The notes: generated by a model not told the origin, from the sequence alone. A DNA stretch of 64,000 nucleotides from Marsupella aquatica (GCA_973895155.1 OZ316891.1:13175037-13239036), one strand, 5' to 3'. Counted from the first letter of the stretch, positions 27,999 to 41,552 are shown. Program-made: numbers and translations.

Positions 27999-30900
27999 TC
28001 TTGAAAAATTACCACCCTCAGTCCGATGGACTAATTTCCTTGGTTCTGGTTCAGGATTCGAATTCTCTCCTGGAACGGTCCAACGTCAAATGCGCATAAT
28101 TCCCGAGCTAGTGAGGGCTCTAGATGAACAATAGTTTCTTCCCTTACTTCTCTCCGTCCTTACTTCTCTCCGTCTGTCTGTCCACAATGACAAATACCGC
28201 GGTGCCATAGTTAAGTGTGCAGGGACTAATTGGCAGATGTGATGAGGCATAATGTTTGGATGTGAGGCTCACAGGGGGCTACAAGCTTCAGGCTGACGAA
28301 ATAGCATATATGATAACTTGTACAACAAAGTAGACATACTCCTCAGGCAGTCAATCACTGGCGACGAAATAAATGATAAAAAGACATGAAAAGGACCCCT
28401 CACCTCATACATCACTACTCCAGAAGTGGAAGCCAGGAACTCCGACCAACAGCAAATCTATCGAACCAAACGCCACAATACGACTAAAGTAATCCACCCC
28501 ACATAAGTTGCACTCACTTTGTAGAACGGAAATCATGGAAAAAATAACTAGCATCCTATGCATTCATAGCCTGTCAGATTGTAGAAGCAGCGGTGCTCAT
28601 TCTACGTGGACACATACACCACAATCTCGAGAGAAACGCAGCTGACATGGGATAAAAAGTGGGGAATGGCACGGGACAGTTCTCAAATCTCTGAAAAGCG
28701 GGCTCGCTATGGCCCCAGGAATCGAGATGCTCACCTGGGTTGCAGCCGTCTGCCGTGCAACAACAGATCCGAGAACAGCACCGACGATCGCAGCTCAAAC
28801 CGCGGCCATCTCCATGTCCAACAACAACACCAGGAGCGACGGAATGATAACAGACTCGCAAACTCTGCTCCCTGCTCTGCTTGGCCGCGAGCAAAGCTTC
28901 GTCACCCAGCTAAACCTTTTCTCGTGCACCCACTATACTGTTCGCTAAACCTCAGCCCCACCCCTGCACCCCAGCAAGCACAATCACTCCGCCGTTTTCC
29001 TCTCGGGCGTGCAGCTCAGATCTTCTTCGTCCACCCACCCAGGTGCCTTGTTGTTTTCTCTGCTGCGCTGCTGCGATCACTGGGCCATGGATCAAGGGCG
29101 CACGGGCAGTGATGGACTCCTCAGTCCTCACCAGTGGGGCCTGTAGACTGTAGAGTGTACAATTTACCCCACTTTGGGTCCAGAGAATTACTTCCTGTAG
29201 GTCCGCGTAATCTAACCATTATAATAACCAATTCGGCCAAAATATATCAAAGTGCCACAAAACATAAACGACAAACGGGGAGACATGGTACCAAAGGCAA
29301 CGGAACCCAACCCAGTATAGGGAAGGGAAAAAGGCAGCAAGCACGAAGACCAAAGTCCCCCCCAACAACCAAGGAAAAGAAAACCCCAGGACCTACTAAA
29401 CTAAAATGGTTGGGAATTGTATGTTTACCAAAAAACTATGGACTGAAAATCTGTGAGCCCGTCTAATTTATCCCATGTTTTCCTGAACCACTGATTTCAT
29501 TGAAAATTGAGACCTACCTTCAATGTGCCCTCCCTCATCACTTTTGTGACAACAACATGGCTGCGACAACCACAAGGAACATAGCTGCAATGACAATCGT
29601 GCAACACGCGGGCATTGATTGCATGGCCACAACAATCACATGGCAGCAACACAAACAATAGGTTTGAATCCAATGTTGAGGCTGGTAAGAATTGTTTAAC
29701 CAGTTTTGGGAAATTTTCAGTAATACTTCAAATATTTCAAACTAGTAGGAGTAAAAAATATCCCAAAAACCTTTTTTCTTTTATTTAGCGTGTCGGAGAT
29801 TTCATAATGTTGCATGCAATGTGAGGCCTTCATGGAGTGAGACCCCAAAGAGAGGATGTTGACCGTGTGGTTGACCGTTGGATCATTCCAAACAAGCTAG
29901 AGTTACTTTGTTCAACCAAAGATGGAATAAGGTGTTAACATAGTTACAAACCCCCATTAGGGATCCCTTGCAAATTCTCTGGCACAAGGATGTGCCACAT
30001 CAGCAAGGATGGTGACAAAGGGACAGAGCAGGTTTTCTGGACAACAAAAAGGTCCTTGTCATGTTTGCAATCATATTCGTGTAGATTATGGGGTGGCATG
30101 CTATAAGTATTAAGCATAAAATAACCAAAATACACAGGAAGAAATGTAATTTTTTCACTGTAACTGTATTAGTTACCTTTCGAGTGTTTTTAAATTGCTT
30201 ACTATGTAATTAGTAAGACAACTACCTCTAAAATAACGTAAGTAAATAACGGCTCATAACTGATCCTCTATCTTTCGCTCGATCTTTCGATGAGAGAGAT
30301 ACCAACGAGAGATGATTGTGAACAGGATACTGTCATTTTGTCACATTGCATCAAAGAAACGGAAGAGTGATCTTCAATTGAGTTTTGAGTTTGAGTTGTG
30401 AGGTGAATGGTGGATACCTTATCATGATGGTATAACTTGCACTTTCTTAAAGAACCTTCACCAACTCAAGAAATGCAACATCAGAAACTGCCCACCTCCC
30501 TTTCTTGATGAGGAGATGTCACAATCCCGTCACCATCACAAACTTAGCCATTGCAAATTGATTTATTTGATTATCCGTCATCACTTGTTTGCAACACTTG
30601 CTTCCTAGCTTGAATTGTTTGCGTCCCTCCAGGCTTCTAAAGCTCATTCTGAACACAGCTTGACACCAAATGCAGCCTCTATGTCGAAGAAACAATTGTT
30701 GGTCTCCCCCTCAAACCATAGCTTTCTTAAATCAAAAAATTACAAAACCTTCATGTGAAGTGATGGTTTGTCCGTTTTGTGCGTTCCTCCCACTGAAACG
30801 ACAAGCGCTCTTCCGTCAACAACTGAGTGTTGTCCTCCGGTCTGTCTTGTGACCGTAATGCTCAACGTAATAGTCGCGGAACTCGACTACCTTAACACTT

Positions 30901-33253
30901 AGCTCCGGCGTCGCTGACTCCGACGCCGAGCTCCCTTATGGTCCAGGCCCGGATAGGCCATCCGGGGAGGACTTAGCATGGGGAGACTTGTGGGCAATGA
31001 GACGTGGCACTAGCAAGGCAAGGGGCCAAGCTGGGGACACACACTAAGGACTTGAACTAGCCTATGGCTGGTTGGGTCAAGGGGAAATGGGCCGGGCTCA
31101 AGGATGGCCGTCCGGACCGTCCGGACCGTCAGATGGGCTTTGAGTTCTGAGGGCTTGGGAGTGAGCTCCTCTTGGCCCAAGGCCAATGGAGTTGATGCCA
31201 TTGGCAACGGATGCTTGGGGCGCAAGTTGCGGCCCGATCCGGGTTGGGCCAGTCGGGGGCCCCGAGCGGCGATCAGACCTGAGGGCCTAGGCATGAGCAC
31301 TAGGTCGGCCCGGTCACAACCGGCTAAGGCACTCCACTTGGGGATGCCTATCAAGAAAGTTATGGGCGTTGCCAGTTGGTGGCCGCGCCCGTTACGCGCG
31401 ATGGGATCCGGGTTGGGGGCCAAATGTTTAGGGACCAAAGCTGGTCCGGGGGTGGCAGGTCTCCAGAAGCATATATGAGGGGAGTGGTGTCTCCCTGGGG
31501 GCTAAGGGCGAGCCGAAGTCGTGAGCCGCAGCGGTCGCGACACTAAGGGAACCCACCAAACGGAAATGGTGATATCTTCTCAACGGGAAGTTTGTTGGAG
31601 GACTTCTTAGGTGCGTTGGAAAGCTCTTGAGGAGGGCTACGCCCTCCTAAGCTCAGCTGGGTCTGGGGGTGCCATGGGTTCTCGTGGTTTGCGGGTGTTA
31701 GCTCCCCCGCTTGCCAAATCCTGCCAAACAGCAGCCAAGCCGCGTTCAACCTCTCAAGGGAGCTTGCGTTGGGGAGGCAAGGCCAAGTAGGTATGGAGGC
31801 TGAGTCCCAAGGGCGTTCAGTCCCTAGACCATCAGTGGGGCGAACCGGGAGCGGTTGTTAGAGTCGGGGCCATTCTGGTCCCGGCGTGTTGAGACAAGTT
31901 TGGGACAAGCTACGCTATTTGGGCCATGAGCATGTCCTGAGGTCAGGGCGGTCAGTTGGTGATGGATAGGTACGAGGGGGAACCCGGGCCGCGCCCAAGG
32001 AAGGAGTTGTCCTAGACGGACAGTGGGCGTGGGTTCTGGTTCTGGCTTATGGCATCGAGAGGACCTATCGTTGACCTATTTACCAACGTCTGTTGAGCTT
32101 GAGTTAGGATGCTAGACTTGGCCAGTTCTAGATCCGGAGGGGTTACTTACCGAGGTGCTTTGTTGCTTGTGCAGATAGTGAGGACCATTGAGTAGCAGTC
32201 GTGTAGGTGAGCAAGTACGGCTTCGTATGGGAGGGGCCGCAGGTGGTGCTAGAGGCACTTGGATGCTTGCTCGAGGTATTCCGTGGAGGCGTTCGGGCAC
32301 CAAGGGCACTTAGGCGCAAGTGCTGGGATTGGTGAGGGCACTGGGTGGCAAGGTCCACCACTCACTAGTAGAAACCGGGGTGTTTTATGACTAAGTGTTA
32401 CGACTGCCCATGACTCCTTGTGACTAAAGTTTGGGGGGTATCAAGCCAGTCGTAATTTTGACATAGAGTCTTATTTAAAGTGACTGAAATCGATTGGTCA
32501 TTTATGTGACTAGGGTTTAAGACATATTTTGTGACTAATAATGACCACATCCGTACTTGGGCATTTTGGGATTAGGAGAAGGTGTAGTCTTATAAATGAC
32601 TGAAAAGTAGTCATTTGTATGACTCAAAATGAGGTATGAATTAGTCACAAAGAGTCAGTGAGGAAGAGTAGCCTTTCGCATATATGACTGGTGCTATGGT
32701 TCAATATCGGAACACAGGTGACTGATTATGACTACCTGGTCTTAAAAGTTTAGAGTATATGGGCACATTAGTGACCGATGATGACTACAGATGACTAATC
32801 ATTCTTAAAAATCTTAAGATTGGGCTAGACTGGTTGGTCTTATTGGGGACCACTTGATATCTTAATGACCCAAAATGACTCATTAGTCTAGTTCACGATT
32901 GCATTCTTTGACCCTTTTGGTCAAAGATTTTGACCAAAAGGGTGAGGCAATTGCAGCCTGCACATAGTACTAGAACCATGACTAATAGACAACTGAAGCA
33001 TAGAAGCATACATTCAAGCACTCAAGCAAACAAGTACACAAGTCTTACATGAAAACATGAGAGACAACATAGTTCTATTAGAATCTTAGAACTCATATTA
33101 ACTATTGAACACACATGCATAATTTCGTACAAACAAAGTTGTCACAACATGATCAGTGGATGATCCAGTGAATCTCAATTCAACTCTGCATTATGAAATA
33201 TCTCGGTAACATTTGGCACCATGGATGCAGTTGTTTGTAAGTTTAGGCTAAAA

Positions 33254-36200
33254 CTACAAACCACACATTTCAGGTGTCCCTATATATTCTGTTGGCCACA
33301 ACACCAAAGAGTTCAAAGCATCTGCAATAGTTGTCTATGGCGGGTCATCATTCAAATTAGGAACTGGCAAAGGGGTCTTTGGCTTCACAAGCTTTGTCAA
33401 CAACACTACAGAATACCCTGTTGGTACTTCTTTGCAATGGAATGTAATCTGCTCTGGGCGCAATTTTCCATACCCTACACACAACTCATTTTGCTCTGGT
33501 GAGAACAATACATACTCAGGATGTGCCTGAGTCTTCAATTCTGCATCAGCTTTACGCTTCTTTGCCGCTGCCACTCTACCACTTGCCCTGGCCCGACCCT
33601 TCACCTTCCGAATAGGTCTCCCAACAGCTGAAAGCTCTACTTCTACTCCACCGTCTGTGGTCACACCCTGTATGTCACCTGCCTGTGATGGAATTTGGGT
33701 CTCCACCTGGCCCTTTGTTTCGCATCCATTCTCACAGGCTTTGGCAACTTCTATGAACTCTTCATATGGATCCAAACTGGGGGTATTCAGTACATTGGTA
33801 ACCTCTGCAATAACAAAATAGCAAGTCAACACCCTATCAACATTTTTGCCTTATCTCCAATCATGGAAACATATAACAAAACACATTTTTTGTGTCATCT
33901 CCAATCATGGAAACATATGAGAAACCTTACCTTCCATTGTTGGGGCCATGGTACCCTCCACATCCCTTTCTGTGGGCTCCACTTCCATTTGCTGTTCAAT
34001 ATTACCCTCTGGATTCATCAAATTGGAGTAATGTGGCAGGTCTCTAGAGCCTCCATTCCATATTGCATTCATTATACATTTGTATTGGTCTTCTTGCACA
34101 CGAATAAGCTTCTGAACATCTTCCTTTAAAGCAGTCAACTCACTTGCCATTTCACTCAATTTCACAGTCACATCATTCTCATGAGACTCCATACATTTCA
34201 CACAATCTGATAAATTGCTAAGAGAACATGATCCACCTCCCTGCAAACACATATGTCCAACAGAGTCAATCCATTACACCTGAAAAAGAATATATGGTCC
34301 CATTGTTCATGCAAACTATGGAATGTGGAGCGAAAAAAACACTATCTGGTATGAGTACTTACTTGGTTTGAAGGATCACTCTGGCCAGATTTTTGCTTCT
34401 GTTTTCTTGCTTCAGCTCTCACCTCTTCTTTTGTAGGGGACTGTCCATTTTGTGCCTTCTGCATACAGTGTAAATGCACACATTATTTGCTCGAACACAA
34501 AAAAACTCAAATACACTGTAGAAGCTAGGTCTGCCAATCCAACGATTATTCTTACCAGCTGCTCTACTATTGGAGCATTCCCTTTCCTTCCTGTCAAGTT
34601 AAGGTTCTGAACGTTGCCACGTGCATATGCCATCTGGGAACTCTTACTCTTGCCGGATTCACTCAAGAAGTGATGGACTAGCTTGCTCCATTGAAGAGGA
34701 TCTGTCAATGGGGGAGCAGGCATTCTTTGGTCCTCTCCACCTTCTTGAAACAACACGTGCAATCTCCACCTCTCATTCTTCAGAATTGTCTTTGCATGAG
34801 CCTGAAGACACTCCATGGCTACTCCATCCGGATGGCCCACATATTTCCATTTTGCGGCTACATTGTCAACAACTTGTTGCCAATCCGCTGGATGCTGCTG
34901 CACAAAATTCACCACACTCAAATCCAGCCATCGCAATATTTCACCTTTCAAGTCAGCCAACCAATGATTCTTCCCTGCAGATGCACTGTTCACCCAACGG
35001 TTGCTCCCAATCTCCACTACTCCTTTCTTGGTTCTGTCAGGTCCTGCATTGCTTTCTGTGGTACTGCTTGGTGTGACAGGTTTAGGATTCGCTAGAACTT
35101 TTGTACTACCCTTTAGTGGACTTATAATGCCCCCTGCATCATCCCACATCCATGTGACATCATACAATAGTAACATCAATACCTTTGTATATGTCAAATA
35201 GTGGATACCAATTGCAATTGTTTATTGTTTCATAAGTGTAACTTACCAGATGCTTTGGCGACACTCTGTGGATAAGAGGCAGGCTCAACTACCTGTACAT
35301 CTTCCCCACCAGCCAACCAATCAGGCTCTGGCCATTGCTCAGAACCATAGGCTACAGTTGTCTCTTGTCCTGCCTCTACTTCAGGTTCATAGTAAACCTC
35401 CTTGTCAGTTACTCCCCAATCAGGATGGGCAGAATCTGCAGTCACATAATTAAGCACTTTAATTAGGTCTTTAACATCACACTAGCATACCCTTTATTTC
35501 CAAAGTAATTTACATAAATGCCAGAATTGAAGGGCAATCCCTACTCACATCTCCAATCGTCTCTTGTTGCTCCATACTGCTCAGTATGTTGTGTTGGTCT
35601 ACCTTGGCCCCGTGTAATGTGTGCTGGTGGTGGACCCGTAACATACACAACAGTGTGCCCAGCAGGTGGTGGTGGTCCATACCCATCCACTTGTGGGGCT
35701 GCTCTCCCCTGAGAGGGTGCACTGTGTGTTGGTGGTGCTCCATACACCACAGTGTACCCCTCGCTGCGTGGGGTTGCTCTAACCTGACCTGTGCTGTGGG
35801 TATGTGTTGTTGCTCTACTTGCAAAGGAGGGTGGGATGTGCCCACCATGTGGTGCAGCTCCATACACAACAGTGTGACCACCTACACCAACAGTTGTTGT
35901 TCCATACCCACTGCTCTGTTGGGTTTTACCTGGAGGTGGAGGTGGAGGTGGTATGTGCCCAGCACGCCCCACTGGTCCGGACCCACGTGCAATGTAATGC
36001 ACTGTGCTTCGCCCTCCAGATGTTGTTGTACTGTGCCCACGGCCCATACCCCGAGTAGCAAGTCCACCTCTCTTAGCCTGCAAGAACATATGTGCAAGGA
36101 CAATAAACTTAAAAGAAGTATCTTCCTCTGACTTGCCACACTCACATGAGCCAAACATATCACTACTGTGATACACTACTTCAACACTTCATAATTACCA

Positions 36201-36470
36201 CAATTTTCTTGGGCTCCTCGACAGTACGCTTGCCCTGCCCATATTCTTCATCATCTGCATCGGGCTCCTCCTCTGGATAGTACTCTACATCATCAAATTC
36301 CTTATGGTTTTCACCGGACCCAACATCTTGCCCATCATCTGCAGAATCTGCCATCGATGGAATGTCCTTCACTGCTAGTCTCTCACTGCGTCACCGAGGT
36401 CCACTTGCACTGTCACTAATGCTTTGCCTAGCCCTTCTGTGCACTACACTTCTCCTGTCTGGGAGCCTGC
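33254..36470 (-). pseudogene. tnpA-like: TnpA-like (Ptta/En/Spm-type) multi-exon gene with a premature stop at 33335-33337; 5' boundary approximate
   Basis: The exon at about 34556-35140 encodes WSKLVHHFLSESGKSKSSQMAYARGNVQNLNLTGRKG, which is Transposase_24-like. The terminal exon reads FHCKEVPTGYSVVLL...PLPVPNLNDDPP*TTIADALNSLVLWP, a Tnp1-like C-terminal motif that continues past the TAG to a stop at 33254-33256. Upstream exons are acidic and Gly/Pro-rich. Confidence 0.72.
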
Positions 36471-36718
36471 AAGCCATCCAAAAGCAACATCCATTGAACA
36501 ACTCTAGTAAACATAGCTACATTCATTCCAATTAATGAGCAAAGTCTGGATAGGTTCTGTGGATGATAATTGTTCCCTTACAAAGCGGAAAATCCCTGTC
36601 TGAGCTCAGCTCCCAAAGCTGCCAGCCTCTCATCAACATATGCTGCACGTATCATGGCTTGCTTTTCAGACTCACTCATCTCATCATCATCTTCTTCCAT
36701 CCTATTCAATGACAAACA

Positions 36719-39700
36719 TTATTGCATACGCATGGTGTCAGGCTCAGCCTCTACAAATGGCTCCTCACCCTCCCAAGCATCCACCCGTGTTAGAGGAACA
36801 TACTCTGTGCTTGTCTGAACAGTACCAACGTCTCCAGTACGTGGTTGTTCAAATGCACTATGTCTATCTAAATGAAACTCTAGCTTTGAGCCTTCTACCC
36901 TACGATTTCTGGGCTGCTTATGACACACTACCCTCCAACCTAGGTTCTCTTCCACATCCAAGAAGAAGGCCTGCTCCACCTGACTGGGATACACAAAAGG
37001 CTGCTCCCATTCGGGCAACTTGGACTTGAAATTGGCAAGCAGAAAGCCATCCCGGTCTCTTTTCATACTGGCCCTGTTACCACGCCACACTTGTCTTACC
37101 CATTCACCCTTCATCAAAATTACAGGAGTGGATGTGGCTCCATAGTCAAGAAGCCAGATATCACTTAGTTCTCCTACATACCCCATCTGCAACACTCCAC
37201 TACTTTCATCAGGGCTCTCATGCTGAAATACACAAATGAGCCCACAATCATATGTTACCCTGGAAGAAGTTGTTTCATCTCTCACTCTATAGTGATTGCC
37301 ATATGCTGCCATCCGTTTGTAAGACTTTACCAGCAACCGTGGAGGATTGGAGAGGAGATAGACATCTACATCCATATTAGGATGGCTTGCATGATGCTCT
37401 CGAACTGTGCATCTCAGCCATTCTGACATGCATGGGAATGTGGTAGACGTGCTTGATTGAATAGCCTTCTGTGCCTCATACTCCCTACACATATAAGTGC
37501 ATGGATTTAGCAATCAGAGTACACATTCTATACATATCTGCAATTTAGAAACCAAGGGCAGCAAAGAAAATTGAAAACAAGTTACATACAGGGAGACCAA
37601 AGTAGGTACTCACTCCAGCCAGGGTTGCATTGCATCAGTGTTTTCCAGAACGTACTGATGAGCCAAGTCTCTAATTTCGATGGTCAGCTTCACTGTGGTT
37701 GCAGCACCTTGTAGGACTTCCCCAGACACCCCTTCTTCTTCATCAGAATTCCATACTCGCCTTGTCACATGCTCGTAATCTGCTAGGTACTCTGTGATGT
37801 AGCCCAGAGTTTCATCTTTTATATAACCCCGAGCCATACTTGCCTCTGGCCTATAGTAAGATCTCACATGACCCTTCATCAACTTCATGTACCGCTCCAG
37901 GGGGTACAACCAACATGCTGTCACCGGCCCGTACTGGTCTATTTCTTCCACAACATGGATGAGCAGATGAGTCATTACATCAAAGAATGCAGGCGGGAAA
38001 TATATTTCAAGATCACACAACAATAGTGCCACATCTTTCTTCAATTGGGGAAACTGTGCAGCATCCCACACCTTCAGACAAACTCTGCGGAACACATCAC
38101 TCAGACGCAGTATAACTTTACGCACAGGCTCTTGCATGAGGCCCCTCAGGCACAATGGCAGGACTTGTTGCATCATGACATGGTAGTCATGGGTTTTCAT
38201 ACTACCAAATTGGAATTTGTTATCCTTCACATGCCTCTTGAATGCACTAGCATAATCTGTGGGAGCTCGGAGTGAACTCAGCCTTGATAAAAAGGTCTGC
38301 CACTCTGTGTCTGTGCAACAATATGGTGCTTGGTACTTCAAAAACACGTTTGCCCTGCTCTGGTGTGATGTAAGCCAAAGGTGGGGTCGAATTCCCCTGT
38401 CCTGTAGATCCATACGTACAGAGCCCGTGTCCTTTTCTCCACTCAAAAATCGGAGTAGACTCTCGCATATGTTCTTCTCTATGTGCATAACATCAATATT
38501 ATGTTTGTTTGGATCAAACTCCTGCAACTCCGAAACATCAAGCAGTGAGCAAATCTCAATCTTCATAATACATACATACTACTTCATACAATCTAACAAC
38601 TAAATTGACTGAATCACATATATGGGTTGTTGGGGAGAGGAGCTTACTCGCCAATACTCCAGCTGCAAGTCCAAAATGGACTGTCGTTTCACACCATACA
38701 ACCTTGCAGGATCCCGTACTCCATCCTCTGCTCCTCCATCTGCATCATATTGTGCCTTGGCAGCCCCCCAAGAACTTATTTGCTCCTTCTTCACTCGAGG
38801 TGGGGGACTGCGGAGCTCCGTGCGCTTGTTAAAATGTGCTATAAGATTGGGTCTACGTCTGTAAGGGTGATCAGAGGGCAGAAATCGACGGTGACCAAGG
38901 TATTTGATACACTTCAAGGACTTTGAATAGTCACTTGTCACATGGGGGCCACATCTTGTGCAAGCTAAATATCCTTTCCCAACCTGGCCTGCAATCATGC
39001 TATGGGCAGGGTAATCTGCAATAGTCAACATTACAATAGCTCTAAGCAAGAATGGATTGGCTTCACCAATCCTCTGCAGCATATCATATGTGAGCACTCC
39101 AGTGTACCATAGCTTTCTCAGTTCCTCTACTAGAGGAGCGAGATACACATCTATATTGGCTGCAACAGCACTGTCTGGCCCTGGAATCAACAATGCCAAC
39201 ATTACAAAGAACCGCTTTGTAGTCAACCATGGGGGAAGGTTGTAATTCAAAAGGGTTACAGGCCAACAATAGTACGCATTGTTCTTCTCGCCAAATGGGT
39301 TCACCCCATCCAATGATAGCCCAAGCCTAACATTCCTTCTCTCCCTAGCAAACTCAGGATACGCATCATCAATCAACTTCCATTGCTTTGAATCTCCAGC
39401 ATGGCGTTGTAGCCCATCTCGACTTTTGTTCTTAGCTGTCCATGTCATCAACTCTGATATGGCACGGCTCCTGAACATTCTCTGCAGTCTGGGAATTATA
39501 GGAAAGTGACGGAGCACTTTTGTAGGTTGCTTGGACTTCCCATTATTCCGGTACCTGTGCTTCCCACATGTAGGGCATGTCAACTTCTTCTCATGTTCGT
39601 TTCTGAAAAGAACATGCCCATCAGGACAGACATGGATTGACTCATAGTTCAGCCCAAGTTTTGATATCAGTCTCTTTGCCTCGTACATGTTTTTTGGCAC

Positions 39701-40465
39701 TAGATTACCTCCTGGCATCACTGTTTTCTACAAGAAGGCCAGAACCTCGGACACAAAGATGTTTGGCACATTGTGGTTCCCACAAATATTCAGAAACATT
39801 AGCACAAATGCTAATTTGGAACAATTGCTTCCTGGGAACAGCGGATTGAAGGCCTCTTGAACTTCGGTTGGGGAGCCAAACATGGTGTCCACTCCAGCTG
39901 CAGCCTGTTGCCCAATCTCGAACTCATCTAAAGACTCGTGGTCATCACCCGGTGCAGTCTCAAACTCTTCTGCATCTTCCATGTCCTCCCGCATTGCATC
40001 CATGTCCTGGAAAATATCATGCACCATTTGCTGAACATTGATCCCTTCGTCTGCAGGCTGCTGAAGGACTTCGGACCCACCCAGTTGAGTCATCACATCT
40101 GCCAACCCACCAGTGAAGAACTGGTCTCGCCTTGCACTATTTGCATTCTCAAAGTCAGCCCTCCATTCCTCATCCGAAGAATCAGCCTCATTCGGATCGT
40201 TTGTAACACGCCAACGAGGGTGTCTCCCATGAATTGCCAAGTGCCCATGAATCTGCCTCAAGACTCTGGTATGGGAGCCATTGCATTGAGTGCAAGGACA
40301 TCTCATTCGTGAACTTGGACCTGACCGTGCCACTTTGGCCTGTTCCCGATTCCAGAGCTTCTGGTCGTGTTGGGAAACCCTCATTGGATGATGTAGAGGC
40401 AACCTGGCAGATGTTGGATGGGTCCAAGGGGGAGGGTGACCTATGGACACTCTTCTAGACTCCAT
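36719..40465 (-). pseudogene. tnpD: CACTA TnpD DDE transposase (Transposase_21, DUF4218, DUF4216) with an in-frame TAG at 39728-39730; exons ~38648-40465, ~37614-38521, ~36719-37484
   Basis: Motifs in order: RCPCTQC..H, IHVCPDGHVLF..CPTCG, LSLDGVNPF, YNLPPW, IADYPAHSMIAG, DVMHIEKN, FPPAFFDVMTHLLIH, WLYPLERYMKLMK..RPEASMARGY, YVGELSDIWLLDY, EQPFVYPSQVEQAFF. ORFs 39728-40465 and 38600-39721 are in the same frame, separated by TTG-TAG-AAA. Confidence 0.93.
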
Positions 40466-40930
40466 CTTAGAGTTCAGAACACAGGCACTCAGATTTAATT
40501 GTCATTTCATTATGAAAGTGGAAAATACATTTCTTGTATAGCTGTGTTCCGATGTTCACACAATCTACCAAAACATATGACATGATACAGTGTAATAAAT
40601 CATGCATAGACTTTCTACAACCACCAAAAAACAAACAAGAAAGGTTCCTGAATTGTGTACCTATTCTCAGGTTACACTGTAACAAAATTCCTAACTGTCT
40701 CAGGGTGTCACCTCCTTCGCTGTCCTCACTTATACTGCCTCAGTCTGCAATGGCCAACCAAGCACGTACATCCATGACCATATCAGAGTCCAATCACCTA
40801 TAGTCATAGACAAACGTGCTTGGCGTGAGAGCAGTATGAGATCTCCTCACGTTATTACCAGAGTTCATCTGGATACCCACCCTGTTCTCGATGGTAGTCA
40901 CACCTGAGGTACACTGGCATGTACATCAGG

Positions 40931-41461
40931 TCATATATCAAGGAGTATGCCCTGGGCATACCAGGGTGGGGTTCGATCTATGCCTACAAGAAGTGGTTGT
41001 AATGCCCTCCACTGAGGGGAGCTAGCTACCAAGTCCCTCCATTGTGTGCTAATTAGTCTATATTTGCAAATGTCTTGTGCGTTTGACCACATAAGAATTC
41101 TGGGCCACACATCCGACAGCATTATATCATCTGGCAAACCAGGCAACAAGGAAGTCCCCACAACATTATGCTCTTCTATTTCATCTGCTGAAAAATAAGA
41201 TTCATCGTCTCTTGCATCCTCAGGCGGTGCCAAAATATGTTTCAACACCAACCCATGCAGGAGAGTCCAAACAGTGGCCAACCATGTGGCAACCCACAAG
41301 AGGAGCCTACATAGCGTCGGGTGATGTAGGAAAGGCAACATACCCACCAAAGTCTGCCGCCAAGATTTGAGCCCACCCCCAGTAAGTTTACAGTGACACC
41401 CCCAGGCAGCAGGAAACAACAATCCGCCAATAGTAAAATAAGTCCAACTGCGACCAACCAT
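40931..41461 (-). CDS. CACTA cargo: F-box-motif protein with a hydrophobic N-terminus (176 aa)
   Basis: SLLPGLPDDIMLSDVWPRI...ICKYRLISTQWRDLVASS matches the plant F-box consensus (LPGLPDD...RxVSxxWRxL). It is preceded by a hydrophobic segment and an acidic stretch. ATG at 41461, open frame. Confidence 0.62.
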   Translation of the reverse strand: MVGRSWTYFTIGGLLFPAAWGCHCKLTGGGLKSWRQTLVGMLPFLHHPTLCRLLLWVATWLATVWTLLHGLVLKHILAPPEDARDDESYFSADEIEEHNVVGTSLLPGLPDDIMLSDVWPRILMWSNAQDICKYRLISTQWRDLVASSPQWRALQPLLVGIDRTPPWYAQGILLDI

Positions 41462-41552
41462 AACAAGCTACGTTAGTTCAAATATCACATTTATTTAAAA
41501 GATGTGATTTGTACAAAAAGCTTGTCTCAAAACTGATGCTACTACGTACTCC

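Noticed and set aside
30400-30700. Minus-strand fragment LLIKKGRWAVSDVAFLELVKVL, faintly like a CACTA transposase N-terminal helix
   Set aside because: Too short and surrounded by stops, with no further motifs.
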